Shown piece by piece: positions 1 to 11,860 of a stretch of 64,000 nucleotides of DNA; positions within the stretch are counted from its first letter, which is position 1, and every line of letters begins with the position of its first letter. Below the pieces are notes generated by a model. The model saw only the letters and a program-made list of their open reading frames with translations. It made no database searches and was not told the DNA's origin. The stretch lies in contig OZ237741.1 of NCBI GenBank assembly GCA_965178125.1, positions 1,302,001 through 1,366,000 on the forward strand, written 5' to 3'. This DNA is from Bilabrum cf. latius. Taxonomy: Eukaryota. Position numbers and translations under genes: made by a program.

Positions 1-2091
1 GGAAATGGCGCCGAACACGCCGTCAGTAGCGAGCAGCAGGAACGTGTCCGCGCGAGCGATGTGACGAGTGACGCACTCCGCGTGCGGAACCACCCCCACT
101 AGCTTGCCTTGCCCGAACCCCAGGCCACGGGATAGGGCCAGGCCGGGGCCCAGCTCACCGGGAGCTCCAGAGAACACGCGGGGCACCAGCCCGCGGGTGC
201 CATCGTCGAACCGCATGCACTCCACCCGCCCCCCCGCCGCCACCAGCCGCTTGCGCTCGTCTGGCCTGCCCGGGCGATGGTCCAGCGTCAGCGGGGTTGC
301 CACTACGGAACCTCCCCGGCGCCGCGCAGCCTCCTCCTCGAACCTCCGCGCCCTCTCCAGCGCTGCCTCGAATCGTTGAAGCACAGCCTCCCGGGCGACC
401 GACCTCTGCACGCGCAGCTGGTGCCTCGCGGAGAGGTCTGGTACCAGGGCACCGCTTGTTCCCTGGGCCTCTTCAACCCCACCGGGTGCAGGCGCGGCCC
501 CCGCCGCCCCCCGCAGCATCTGCACCACCTGCTCCACCCCAGCGGCGGTGACCCCACCCTCCCCTCCGCCGACACCCCCCCCCCCATGGCCCGTCCCAGG
601 CCGACTCAGGGGCCTGCCATCCTCGTCGTGGTACCGCAGTGACCGAGCCACGGCAGGCGGCACCGCGGGAAACTCGGGGAAACTCACGCTGCCCTCTGTC
701 CGCCTACCCCACCCATCTGATGCTGCGCCCCCTTGACCGTGCCTGCCACCGCCACCCGTTGACGACGGGCGCGAGCTGATGGCAGCCTCTCCAAGCACGG
801 TCATGGCCGTCTCGCCCAGCAGCTTCTGCGGCTCCACGCCCAGCCCTGTCGATCGACCCACCCCCGACAGGCCGGTGGACCCTCTGGAGCTCCCCGATGG
901 ATCGACGGTACCGCCAGCACCTGCATGCAATGCACCCGCACCCACACCCCGCCCCTGCATCTTCCTCCTCCTCGCAGCGTCCATGCCCCCCTGCATGCGC
1001 CTGAGCAGGCCCGCGGGAAGTGTGGCCGCAAGATCCAGGGGCCTCTGCCCGGCCAGTGCAGCCAGCGTGTCAGCGGTCCGCGCCGCGCTGCGCGCCCTTG
1101 CCACCGATGAGCTGAAGGCAGGCGCGAGGGAGGCATCCCCCCGCGCCCCCGCCACGCACCTGCACGAGCCCACGTGCGCCACCACGACGGTGTGGCCCCT
1201 GACCAGCAGAAGACAGGCCGACGCCCCCGACATGGAGAGAACAGCGGGGCCCAGCTGCTCGAGCAGCTGCTCATCCACGCGCTCGAACGCCCGCCGCATC
1301 GTCTGCCGGCACCGCTCGCTCCACTGGGCCAGGGCTTTGGCTTGTTCCCTGAGGATCCGCTTCTTCTCGGCCGCGCTCGTGTCATGGCTGGCCTGCCGGA
1401 TGCGGGCCGCGCTCGCCTCCTCGGTCCCTACCTAATCTGGGTCTGTGCTGCCTCCAGTGGCAGTGGCAGTGGCAGAGCCGGTGCCGGGCTTGGCCCCCTG
1501 CTGCTGGCCCGCGGGAGCACCTTCCCGCTGGCCGACGGGGCCACCCGGATTCGTCCCCCCGCCGCTGGATCCGCCCCTGGATTTCAAAATGGCCCGCAGC
1601 GCGCCCTCGTTCGCCTGCCTCGAGCCCGGCTTGACGAGCCTCGCGGAGCTGGAGGACGACGTCGCTGGGCGAGAGCTCGCCGCTGAGCCGGAGGCTGCCT
1701 TATTCGGTTTCTTTTTCAGCCGTCGTTTCTTTCGGCGCTTGCATACACGCAGAAGTGGATCTTTTGTCATTATATCTGCCAATGCAGTCGGCAGCAGCTG
1801 GGCTACACGGCCAGCCACGGCACCGCCCTCCGGCCCGTGCCCATCGATCACGGCCGCCAGCAGCTGACCCGCCGCACCAAGAAAATTCTCGATCACAAGC
1901 ACCCTATCGGACGAGGGTTCACCCCCGAGGAAGCTTGGTTCTCGCAGTGCGCCTGGCACCGAGGCGCACGACCAAGGCAGGCGAGGTGCGCGATTCCTCG
2001 TCAGATCCGAGCTGGCGTCAGGCCGGATCTCATCGACCGCTGCAAATACAGATGCCTTGTTTGAAATCGGCCTGGGCGGCCTTCTTGCCAT
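1..2091 (-). CDS. PP2C/PPM-family protein phosphatase with long low-complexity inserts; 3' end runs off the window; one in-frame TAG (1432-1434)
   Basis: One frame from ATG 2091 carries the motifs AVIDGHGPEGG, SGASACLLLVRGHTVVVAHVGSCR, LTLDHRPGRPDERKRLVAAGGRV, PGLALSRGLG and DTFLLLATDGVF. The TAG separates the DGHG motif from the rest of the domain. Confidence 0.85.
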
Positions 2092-2208
2092 TTTGGCTCT
2101 GCGAAGCAGGCTCAAGCGCCTCGAGTTTCCGTTGGGACAGCGAACCTCGAGCGAATCATCATCCCGTCCGACGGGATCTTCTCAGTTGGATTAGAGTAAC
2201 AACACACG

Positions 2209-3432
2209 ATGAACTATTTAGGTGCCTTGCCTTTGGTTACCATGCTTGTTGGAGCCGCAGCGCGGGACTGGCAAGTCGTTCGGCTAGACAACGCAACTGC
2301 TGCCGCCACCGGGGCCTACTGCCTGGCAGGCCCCGGTTCAAACCCTGCCTACTACATCAGCCCGGGTACTAACAAGACAGCGTTCAAGATTCATTTCCGC
2401 GGTGGCGGCTGGTGCTTTTCAGAGGAGGATTGCCTGAGGAGGAGCACAATGTACCTGGGCGATAGCAGACTCTGGCCAGACATTCCGACTAGCGATGAGG
2501 GAACAGATGGGTTCTGGGGAGATGATCCGGCTGTATCCGGGCAGTTTGCCGAGTGGACTACCATCTGGATGATATACTGCGACGGTACGAGCTGGACCTC
2601 GGACAGAACGGAGCCGCTGCAGGTGGAGAGCGAGACCATCTATTTTAGGGGCCGCAGGATCCTGGACGCGATCCTGGCAGATGCGGAGCAACGGCTTGGG
2701 CTGCTCACCAAATCGGACGCGGTGATCGTGGGAGGCACGTCGGCGGGCGGGCTGGCCACGTACCTGCACGCGTCCTACCTGCGGCAGCGCATCCGACCGG
2801 AGGCCAGCCTCCGGTTCATGCCCGACGCCGGGTTCTTTCTGGACGCGCCCGACACCCAGGGCGAGCACGCGTACCGCGCTAACTTCCAGGGGGCATACGG
2901 TCCCCAGCTGTGGAACGGCACCGGAGGCACGGATCAGGGCTGCATAGCGTCGTACCCATCTCAGGAGGCGTGGCACTGCTTCATGGCGCAGTACGCCTTC
3001 CCCTTCGCCTCCACCACGGGCGGCCCGTTCTACGTCCTGAACTCGATGGCGGACTCGTACCAGCTGGGGAACATCCTCAAGGTGGGCTGCAGCCCTGACG
3101 GGAACGCCCCGGGCAGCTGCAGCGACAAGCAGGTGCAGCAGATTCAGGACTACCGGCTGGAGATGGCGCAGGTGCTCTCGACGGTCGTGGTGGGGGGCGG
3201 TGCGGGCCACTCGGGGCTGTTCGCCACGGCTTGCTACCAGCACGAGGAATCCTGCAGGGACGGTGACTTTGACTCCGTCAGGGTTGGCGGCTCGACGGAC
3301 CGGGACAACTTCGAGGCGTGGTGGGTGCACAGCACGAGCGTGGGGGCGGGGGGCGACTTTGTCCGACTGGACGGGCCGTGGGGAAGCAACCCGACGTGCG
3401 ACTACAACATCACGCACCACGGATCATGCTGA
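2209..3432 (+). CDS. Secreted pectin acetylesterase/Notum-family hydrolase (407 aa)
   Basis: Signal-peptide-like N-terminus, FRGGGWC, YCDG, nucleophile motif GGTSAGG and DAGFFLD. Ends in TGA. Confidence 0.85.
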   Translation: MNYLGALPLVTMLVGAAARDWQVVRLDNATAAATGAYCLAGPGSNPAYYISPGTNKTAFKIHFRGGGWCFSEEDCLRRSTMYLGDSRLWPDIPTSDEGTDGFWGDDPAVSGQFAEWTTIWMIYCDGTSWTSDRTEPLQVESETIYFRGRRILDAILADAEQRLGLLTKSDAVIVGGTSAGGLATYLHASYLRQRIRPEASLRFMPDAGFFLDAPDTQGEHAYRANFQGAYGPQLWNGTGGTDQGCIASYPSQEAWHCFMAQYAFPFASTTGGPFYVLNSMADSYQLGNILKVGCSPDGNAPGSCSDKQVQQIQDYRLEMAQVLSTVVVGGGAGHSGLFATACYQHEESCRDGDFDSVRVGGSTDRDNFEAWWVHSTSVGAGGDFVRLDGPWGSNPTCDYNITHHGSC

Positions 3433-3622
3433 GGAAGAGGAGGAGGCGCTGCCGACAAAAACGGGAGCAAGCGGATCTGGATTTTGGGTCTTGCACATAG
3501 GATCTCCTAGTCACGTCAAGCCAACTCGGCAGGCACCTTCGGGGCAATCACAACCTAGATCGCGACCTGCCCACGGATCGGGTCCCGATCACACTTTTGC
3601 CGCTTCCTCTAGTCTATAAGCT

Positions 3623-5759
3623 TCACCCCACCAGCACCGTCACCCCCGTGACCGGCGACCGCAGCACTATCTCCTCCGCAGCCCAGTCCACCACCATCGC
3701 CCGCTCCGCCTTCACCGCGGGAGGGTCGTCCCTGGCCTATGGGGGAACACCGAAGGAGGCGGCGGCGGGGGCAGTGCCGGGGCCTGCACCGGACTCGCTG
3801 GCAGGAACCGATGCAGGTGCTGCTGCTGCTGCTGCTGCTGCCATCATACCGGCTGGGTCTGGGTTGCTTGATCCCGCTCCGGAAGCAGGCCCGGAAGCAC
3901 TTGCATCCTGTTCTTCCTTGCCCTCTTCATCCTCGCCCCCCAGCTCCGGCCCTTGTTCCCTGAGCACCCCCGCGGCCCGCAGCCTCTCCCTCCTCTTCGT
4001 CTCCCGCTCCCGCTCGGCCTCCTCCTCCTCGTCAGAGTCGGTGTCGCTCCAGTTCTGCTGCGCGCGGGACCGGGACCCGGAGGAGCCCTTGTTGTTCCCC
4101 AGGAGCGGGTTGCCCCGGCTCAGTTTCACCACGCGGTGCTTCCGCGGGACTGCAACTTCGTGCGATGCACCCATCGAGGGCTCCGTAGCCGAGCCTGCAG
4201 CGGTGGCGGCGGCGCCCTTCCCCCCGTCAGTGCCGGGGCCTTTGACTTCGCCTGTGCCTGCGTCATTGCCTCCTGCGTCTGCGGCCGCAGGTGTGCGCGA
4301 GGGTCGCCGCACGGGACGGGCGTCCTCCTCGTCCTCCTCGCTGCTGTCGCTGCCGGCCTCGTCCCCCCGCGCAGGTACCGCCACTTGCCCTGCTGCTGCT
4401 GCTGGCGCCCCGCTAGGAGTGGAACCTGCCTCGTCCTAACCCCCGTCTAGGTGGTAGCCCTGTACCTTGGCCACGGCTGCCTTCTCCTCCACTGCCGCCC
4501 GCAGCAGCGCCCCCCTCACCTGCTGGGACAGCGGGACACACGCCGCCGCCAGCCGCACCCTCCCGTGATACGCCACCGCGTTGCCCCTCAGGTCCAGCCA
4601 CGACAGGGCACACACCGAGTCCGGGGCAGACATGGCGTCTGCCATGGCCACGGCACCGTCGGTCAACGCCTGGTTCTCCCGCATGCACAGCGCCACCAGC
4701 GTGTTGTTGCCCCGCAGCGCGCCGGCCAGCTGCTCAGTCTCTGCGGGCCCGATGCCGTTGTCGTCCAGCCGCAGTGACGTCAGGCTCGTGTTAGTGCGGA
4801 GGGCAGTGGCCAGCGCGGCCGTGGCGGTGGCGCCTAGCCTGTTCCGGCTCAGATCCAGGTGCCTCAGCGTGGGGTGGGACTGCAGCGCGCCGGCGAGGGC
4901 CATGGCTCCCCGGGGCGCCGCGTGAAAGTTGCTCATGTTGTTCTCCGAGAGATTGAGCGAGAACAGGGGCACTCCCTTCCTCCGGACGTCCTCGTTCTCC
5001 GCCTCCTGCCACTCCTCCGCGTCGATGGCCTCCGCCACGGCCGCGGCGCCCTCGCTCCGGAGCCGGTTGCAGGAGAGGTCCAGGTGCCGCAGGAGAGGGA
5101 GCTCGGCCACGAGGGCGGCCACGCTGCTGCCGGCTGCGAGAGGGGAGCACGGGCGGGCGTTCAGAAAAATGGGGATACCAGCGGCAGCGGAAATTTCTAG
5201 TGAATGCGGGCGCAGTTGCAAGTCGGGCTCTTGGTGCTCACCCGTCCGCGTCATCATGTTACCGCGCAGATCCAGGTGCGTGATGCTCGTGTGTCCCTGC
5301 AGAGCGTGGCAAAACTCGCGCACCGGATCCATGGACGAGCCAAAGTCTGACAGGTTTGCATTGTTGCACCGCAAGGCAGCGAACGACCTGGATGCGCGCG
5401 AGCGCAAGATCGGGGCCAGAACCTTCACGCCCGCTTTCCCCAGCTCAATGTGGGCCAAGTCTAGCACTTGACTTGAGTCAGCTGCCTTGAGGGATTCGAT
5501 GAATCCATTCGGTGCTGCGTGATGAGGCGGGACCGGTTCACGGTTCAGTCGCAATCCAAGACCTATAGAGAAGCGCTGCGGGAAGTATTGGACCACACAA
5601 CTTACGATCGCTCATCTTCGCGCTTGCATCTCCAGCTGATGCGCCCGGAGAAGCCTTTCCGGTCCCTACACCGAACGTATTAGACAGTGCGGTTCGAATC
5701 AGACCTTCATCAAGCTTAGATATTGCATCAGAGAGTTCTTCAGCGCCTGCTTTTGACAT
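3623..5759 (-). CDS. RNI-like/NLRC3-like leucine-rich repeat protein with acidic low-complexity tail; probable introns ~5515-5605 and ~5133-5240; in-frame TAGs at 4436-4438 and 3737-3739
   Basis: Repeats such as LRHLDLSCNRL, LFSLNLSENNM and LTSLRLDDNGIG. The frame continues through both TAGs to TGA at 3623-3625. Confidence 0.75.
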
Positions 5760-6046
5760 GGTTCGATTGATTGAAGTCGTACTGATTATCTACTTGGTCG
5801 TTCGATTCCTAGAATCGAGTTAGTGCAGGACTTGAGGGCGGTATTCGAATGGCCCGGAGCTGATTCGAGAATTGACGAGACATTCCGGCTCATTCACGAG
5901 CAAGTATGTCGTACAGCGCATAGGATTTTGAGTGGATCTTATCGTTTGATGAATCGGTGACGGGCCCTGCTTCCGGGGCTGGCTAGGGGCCTGAGCTGCC
6001 CGGCACCAAGCGGGAGAGACCCATCGATGATCGACCAGACCCGCAG

Positions 6047-6532
6047 ATTGAGTCTTGGATGCTGGGTTAGATTGCAAAATCAGCAAACAACATAAAGAAA
6101 CAGCAGTCTGAGCTGGACTTTGTCCTCCGATCTGCTGCAGCAGTGGCCCAGTCGCTGCATAGTTCTGAGATTGAAGCAGCCGGTGCAGGTGCTCGCGGGA
6201 GCGCGGGAGCTGGCCAAGTTGAGATGCAGTCTGCAGACAAGCTCATGGAAGACGTTACGTAGTATTGGTCGCATCTAGCGGCCACAAGTGCAGTACCCAA
6301 GCCATCCACGAGCTCAACGCAACGGGCAGGGGAGGACCGCCTGCCACTGCCAGTGTCGTTGAGCGCCGGGGAAGCCGCGCCTACGGAGCTTGGACTTGCG
6401 CAATCAATTACACTGCGCTGCGCCGAGCTTCTTGAGGCGAGTTGCATCGAAGAGGAGGCAGCAGGTGGCGACGATCACGATGGAGCTGATGCAGCGGCCA
6501 GGAAAGCAGCCCCTGCCAGTGGCCCGTCGTGA
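6047..6532 (+). CDS. Hypothetical protein exon visible only if TAG is sense (TAGs at 6068-6070 and ~6260)
   Basis: After a CGCAG acceptor the frame reads IESWMLG*IAKSANNIKKQQSELDFVLRSAA...EDVT*YWSHL... to TGA 6530-6532. No recognised domain; 5' exon not located. Confidence 0.35.
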
Positions 6533-6757
6533 GCGTGCTAGAGTGAGCGGCCCGGGGGCGCATCATTCATAGAAGCGCGGTCGGCAGATTTGCAGACTCG
6601 CGAAATGGGCATGATGGCGCGGCATATGACACAACACGGGAATTGAAGAGGCACCTGGCTCAGTCTCAAGGCATCGATCGATGGATCGATGGATGGATGG
6701 AACTATCCAATCCGGGATGGCATCAATCAACAATCAACGATCTACAACCATGAACCA

Positions 6758-9700
6758 TCAGATCAGGTTGGTGTCCCACTTGCCGTTACCCCCCAGGACC
6801 ACCCATTGCGTGGAAGCCCCTGGGTAGGACCCCAGCTTGATCCACTGCCCCGCGAACGCAGAGGCAGTGGGACTCACCTGGTAGTTGGGAGCCAGTGCGC
6901 CGAATGTGGCCACGTAGAGGGTCTCCAAGGTGGGGGCGTTCGCGTCCCCCGGGCCCCCATGGTCCAGGAAGTGGCCGTACAGGACCGTGGGAGTGCCAGA
7001 GTTGCCGAGGCTCTGCCGGATGCCGATGTCGCAGGCCGGAGGCAGGCACCCCGTCCCCTGCAGCACGATGGTGACTTCGCACCCGTGCTTGCTCGTGCCT
7101 GCGGTCACCTCGGGCAGCCGCACCACAGACTGCGCCGTGGCGAATCCAGCGGTGGACCCGCTGTTCCCCAGCGACACGGTGCTCCCGCACTCGTCGTGCG
7201 ACAGGTCCACGATGGTCCCGTCGTTGTCGCTCGCGGCGTCTCGATGCGCCAGGCGGCCCCTCAGCGCCCCAACGTAGGCAGACACAGGGTCGCCGTCGTC
7301 GCCCACCTGCCCGTCCAAGTAGGTCCCTGCGGGGAGAATGAGCTCGCCCGTCACCGTGGTGGCTCCGGAGCCCGCCACGCTGAGTCTCTCCGTGTAGGTG
7401 CCTCCGCCCCCCGTGTCTTTGGCCTGCACCGAGAGCAGCGTGTAGTCAGAGGTGGTGTCGGACTCGCCCCGGACACGCACAACGCCCTCCCCCGTGCCCT
7501 GCCCCGTGGAGGTGTGACGAACATCCAGGGCCAGCGTGGCATCGGCAGACGCGAGTGACACGAGCCCGCCGTCCTGGATGGTGGCTCCACCCGCCACCAC
7601 CGTGAGCCCCCCCGCAGTTGCCTGCAGCCCGCCGGTGGCTGCCACCACGGTGCTGCCCTCGATGGTGCTCGTGCTGGCCGTGATGTCACCAGCCAGCACA
7701 TCGATGCCGTCTGCGTCCACCTGCAGCCCACCCTGCCGCAGCCGCAGGTGCCCGTCTCCAAACCAGTCGCCCAGCGCCACCCCGGCGCTGTCGCGCACCC
7801 GCAGGAAGGAGAATCCCTGGCTTGCGGCAGTGTCGGTCCGCAGGTCCAGCACCGCGTCGTCGAAGGCCGTGGAGGTCGCGCGCAGGGTGGCCAAAGGGGC
7901 GCCCGTGTCGTCAGACACCACGCTCAGCATGTCATCGGTCACGTGCAGCCCGCCCGAAGACACGGTGGCGCCTCCGTCAGAGACCACGAGCCCACCGTCC
8001 GAGATAGTGAGCCCCCCCCCGCTGATCTCCTGCCCCCCGGCCTGCACCTCAAGGGGCCCGCGGTTCACGTTCAGCTGGCCCGTGCCCATCAGCTCGAGGA
8101 CTGTTCGCTTGCCCTCCCCGTCGTTGTCAAAGTCGGTGAACGCTTCCAGGAGCTTGAAGGTGCCGGCGCCGTCCAGGTCTGCTTGCAGTGTCAGCAGTGT
8201 CTGGGAGAATGCCTCCGAGGCCGCGTGCAGGGTGGCCACGCCACTCGAGGGAACGCTGTTTGCAACGCTCAGGGCCCCATTGCCAACCACTAGGTCTCCA
8301 GTATCTACCTCCAGCCCCCCAGCGGTCACCTGCAGCCCCCCCGACATGATGGTCTGGCCCCCGCCCATGACGCTGAGCCCCCCGGAGTTGATCGTGATGC
8401 CCAGCTCTGCCCGCATCCGGCTGGACTGTAGGAGGCCGTCCCCCGTCAGCTTGAAGACCGTGATGCCGCTCTATATGGCCCGCATGAAGTTGAACTGGGA
8501 CGAGCCGGGGAAGGTGGACTGCAGCCGCACCACGTCAGAGACGAAGCCAGGCTCCATCACCCCGAACACGGTCTGGGGCGAGTTGACGGCGGTCGTGCCT
8601 GACTGGGAGCTGCCCACGGTCATGTGGCAGGCCACTCCCTCCGACCCTGGCAGGCAGAAGCACAGGCCAGTGGTCACGTCGCACGTGCCGATGCCCCCGC
8701 ACATGTCGAACTCCCTGTATCCCGGCCGGGTGACCTCCCCGTCGGTGGCGATGAGCCAGGACGCGCCCAGGGTGTGATGAGTGACCGAAGTGAAGGAGAT
8801 CTCGGCGCTTCCTGCGCTGATCATCGTGGCTGTGTTCCCCGAGGAGGTTGCGACCATGTCGAGTGGCCCGTATGACACCCCGTTGATGATGTAGCTGAAC
8901 TGGTTGGGGCTGCTCGAGGCGTCCGTCACCTGGATCTTGATGGCAGCCGCCGAGTACCCGTTGGCCGTGTAGCTGATGCTCTGCACGTCGATGTCCGTCC
9001 ACCCGCAGTCCACTGCGGTGTCCGCAACCATGCTCATGTCGCAGCTGAACAGGGTAATGGGGAGGTCCCCAGTAGGCCGGAAGAGGTTGTTCTCAACGCT
9101 GCGGGCGGACTCGAGGGTCAGCTTGATGTCAAAAGTGTTGGTGCCAGCCCCTCCCGCCAGCACGGGGGTGCATTCGACCGCTGACACGAGACTGGAGGCC
9201 TCGATGGCGGCCTTGCAGGCAGAGGCGGTGAGGGCTGTGCCTGCGTGCAATGCACCCACGTCGATGGGGTTGGCGGTGTGGCCCGCGATGCGGAATTGGG
9301 CGAGTTGCGTGCCGTCCGCGGGCACCGAGGTGGCACCCGTGGTGTCTATGGTCAGCCGGACGGCCCGCTGCTGCTGCTCCGTGGTCAGTGGGTTGTCGCC
9401 CCTTGGGCACACCGCGATGGAGCATCCCGGCCCCGTGCGGCCCCAGTTGCACACGCAGGCGTGGGAGACGTACTCGTCCCACACTCTGGCGCTGGAGACC
9501 GTGCCTCCGTACTTGGGGCCGATTCCGTCGCCTCGCACGCCCGGGTCACCATCGGCGCCGTACGCCTCGCCAAGGGAGCGGATGGAGGTGCACGAGCCGT
9601 GCAGCCCGCACTCGTTCGGGCATTCGATGCGGCCGCATCCGGCCCCCGCATGGCCGTCAAAGCACTCGCACTGACCTGTTTTACGATTGCAAATGCCTGC

Positions 9701-9949
9701 TCTGCCGCACTCGGCGTGTCTGTGCGCGTCAATTCCGAAGTATGCTGTCGAATCGAGTTTGCCAACGAACGCGGTCGCTTTGTCGCACGTTCGCATGGAA
9801 CAATCCGGTCCGGTGTATCCGTCGAAGCAAGTGCAGAGATCTTGTAGGTCACATGTACCATGCCCGCTGCAGTGGCGCGGGCACGAGCCTCTGGACTGCA
9901 GGGAGAGGGCCGCAATGGTTGCAAGCAGCTGCAAGATGAAGTGGCTCAT
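6758..9949 (-). CDS. Secreted EGF-like protein of the stramenopile mastigoneme (Sig1/Ocm1-like) type with a C-terminal GGLxVxxG repeat region (~1,063 aa); in-frame TAG 8471-8473
   Basis: Signal peptide, then CPRHCSGHGTC...GPDCSMRTC...AHRHAECGRAGICNRKTGQCECFDG...CPNECGLHGSC...WD...CPRGDNP, and a later CGGIGTCDVTTGLCFC. ORFs 8471..9949 and 6758..8416 share a frame joined through the TAG. Ends in TGA. Confidence 0.75.
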
Positions 9950-10205
9950 GACTCGCCTGCCACGATTCTTTCGTTGCTTCGTATTGTAGCGGTTTTAAAT
10001 CAGCCAAGCTTCATTTGCATCGTGGTATTTGCTGATCGAAACGACTGTTGGACCTGCGGTGCGCTTGCTTTTGCGAGCTGAGCGTTCGGCCAGTCTGAGT
10101 GGTTCCGCCAATGGCAGTGTATTGCGCGGCGCCGCCTCACCGACGTGGACGAGTTGCTGTTTCGCAATAGCCAACGATCTCATCCATTGCTTGTCCTGGA
10201 TAGCA

Positions 10206-11666
10206 ATGATTGGGCGTATTCATAGCCAATTGAATCCATCCGGCGTGTTTCGAAGATTGAGAGCTTGTGTGCCTAGAGTAATTGTCCCTGCAAAGTCTTA
10301 TAGGTGTATTGGATGCTCGGCGACGGCTGCAAAAGACAATTTGGAAGGTATTGATGCGTATCCGCAGCCAAGTGTGGGACTTTCATCGCTTGAAGGGATA
10401 GAGAGGCGAAATGACGGGAAGCATAGCAACGAAATGCAGCCGAGTGCAGACGAGGAAGGGCCCACGTTTTCGTCTACAGTTCCAACACTGAGGCGGAAAC
10501 TCACGAAAGCAGAATTAATCCGCGCATAGGAAAATATGCCAGTCAGTAGGGAGCCGTTGTTTCGCCCGCAACCGTTCACTTGGTACGAATACCACACAAA
10601 GTGGTTCTTGCGAGCAGTCGGGGCCTACTCGAAGCACGGGCAAATTGCTGAGAATGTCAGGACCGTTTGGAGGAGCGTGGAAGAGCACGCAACCGCTGAC
10701 TGCTGGTTCGAAAGCCTGGGCATCCGGAGGACTTTCATGACTGAGCACGCCTTGCTGGCCCTGCACATTTGGATGCTGCACCGGCGGCACATGGTGGACT
10801 ACTACGCTGACGGGGTCTTCAGCGGCCGTTTGCAAGACTAGGAGTTGTTTGATGTCTTCTGGAAAGACACTGAGAGGCGCATCCGGCACGCGGGCGTGCC
10901 GTCGACGTCGATCAACCGTCAGTTGGAACAGCTGCAGAAGCACACGCTGACGGATTTCCTCGAGTACGACGTGGCAATCAAGCAGGACGACGACAACATG
11001 GAGCTCTCCGGGGCGCTCTTCAAGTCCATCTTTTAGGAGGACGACGAGGCGGAGGTCGAGGACGTCATCGTGCTGGCGGACCACGTCAGGGCAGAGTTCA
11101 CGAACCTTCTCACGCAGCCAGCCGAGGACGTGTACAGGGGTTGGATCTCGTGGCTGCCCGCCGTGGGCGAGACGCAGAGCGAGAAGCTGGAGCGGCAGAA
11201 GCGCATGTTCGAGGGGGAGTGGAGGGAGGCGATGCTGCCGGACGGGAAGGTCTATTTCTTCAACACGCACACGGGCCGGTCCCGCAAGGGGGACGACCCG
11301 CCCACGCCGGAGGAGGGCCTCTACGGCCGCAGGAGGTTCGCGCTGGCCCACCACCTGCAGGCGCTCGCGGACGACGGGAAGATCGACCAGGCCATGGTGA
11401 ACCCCGGGAACCTTCGCTCCTTCGCCGCCGAGGAGCTTCCCGAGCACTTGTTGGAGGAGGGCACGTTCGACATGAGCAAGGTGGTGCTGCCCGGGGGCGG
11501 TGATGCTGCCTCCAGGTCCAGGCAGCTCGCGCTGGAGACTGACGACGATAGCACTGCGGGCTAGCTGGGCCAATCGGATGGACAGGGCTAGCTGGAGCAG
11601 CAGGGGGCGGGGACAGGAGGTCGTGGGTAGGCTCAGGCGGGAGGGGAGAGCGCGGAGAATAGATAA
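10206..11666 (+). CDS. UQCC1: Ubiquinol-cytochrome c reductase chaperone (Cbp3/UQCC1 family) with a WW-like domain (~486 aa); six in-frame TAGs
   Basis: Arg-rich presequence-like start and the motifs FMTEHALLALHIWMLHRR, LQD*ELFDVFWKDTERRIRHAGV, YDVAI...LSGALFKSIF and LADHVRAE. TAGs at 10527, 10839, 11034, 11562, 11589 and 11628. First non-TAG stop is TAA 11664-11666. Confidence 0.8.
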
Positions 11667-11860
11667 TCCGGGGCTGTGTGCGTGCCGGTGGAGGGAAGGA
11701 ATGGCGGGGCCGGTCTGCAGTGCAGAGTCTGCACGTACCCGTGGGCGAGTGAACAGTTGAATCCAACACAGGTAGGCAGTAGGCAGGCTGGCAGTGGTCA
11801 GACAACGACGCGCAAGTTGGCGATAGTCTCACACACACATCAATCCAATCTTATATCCGT

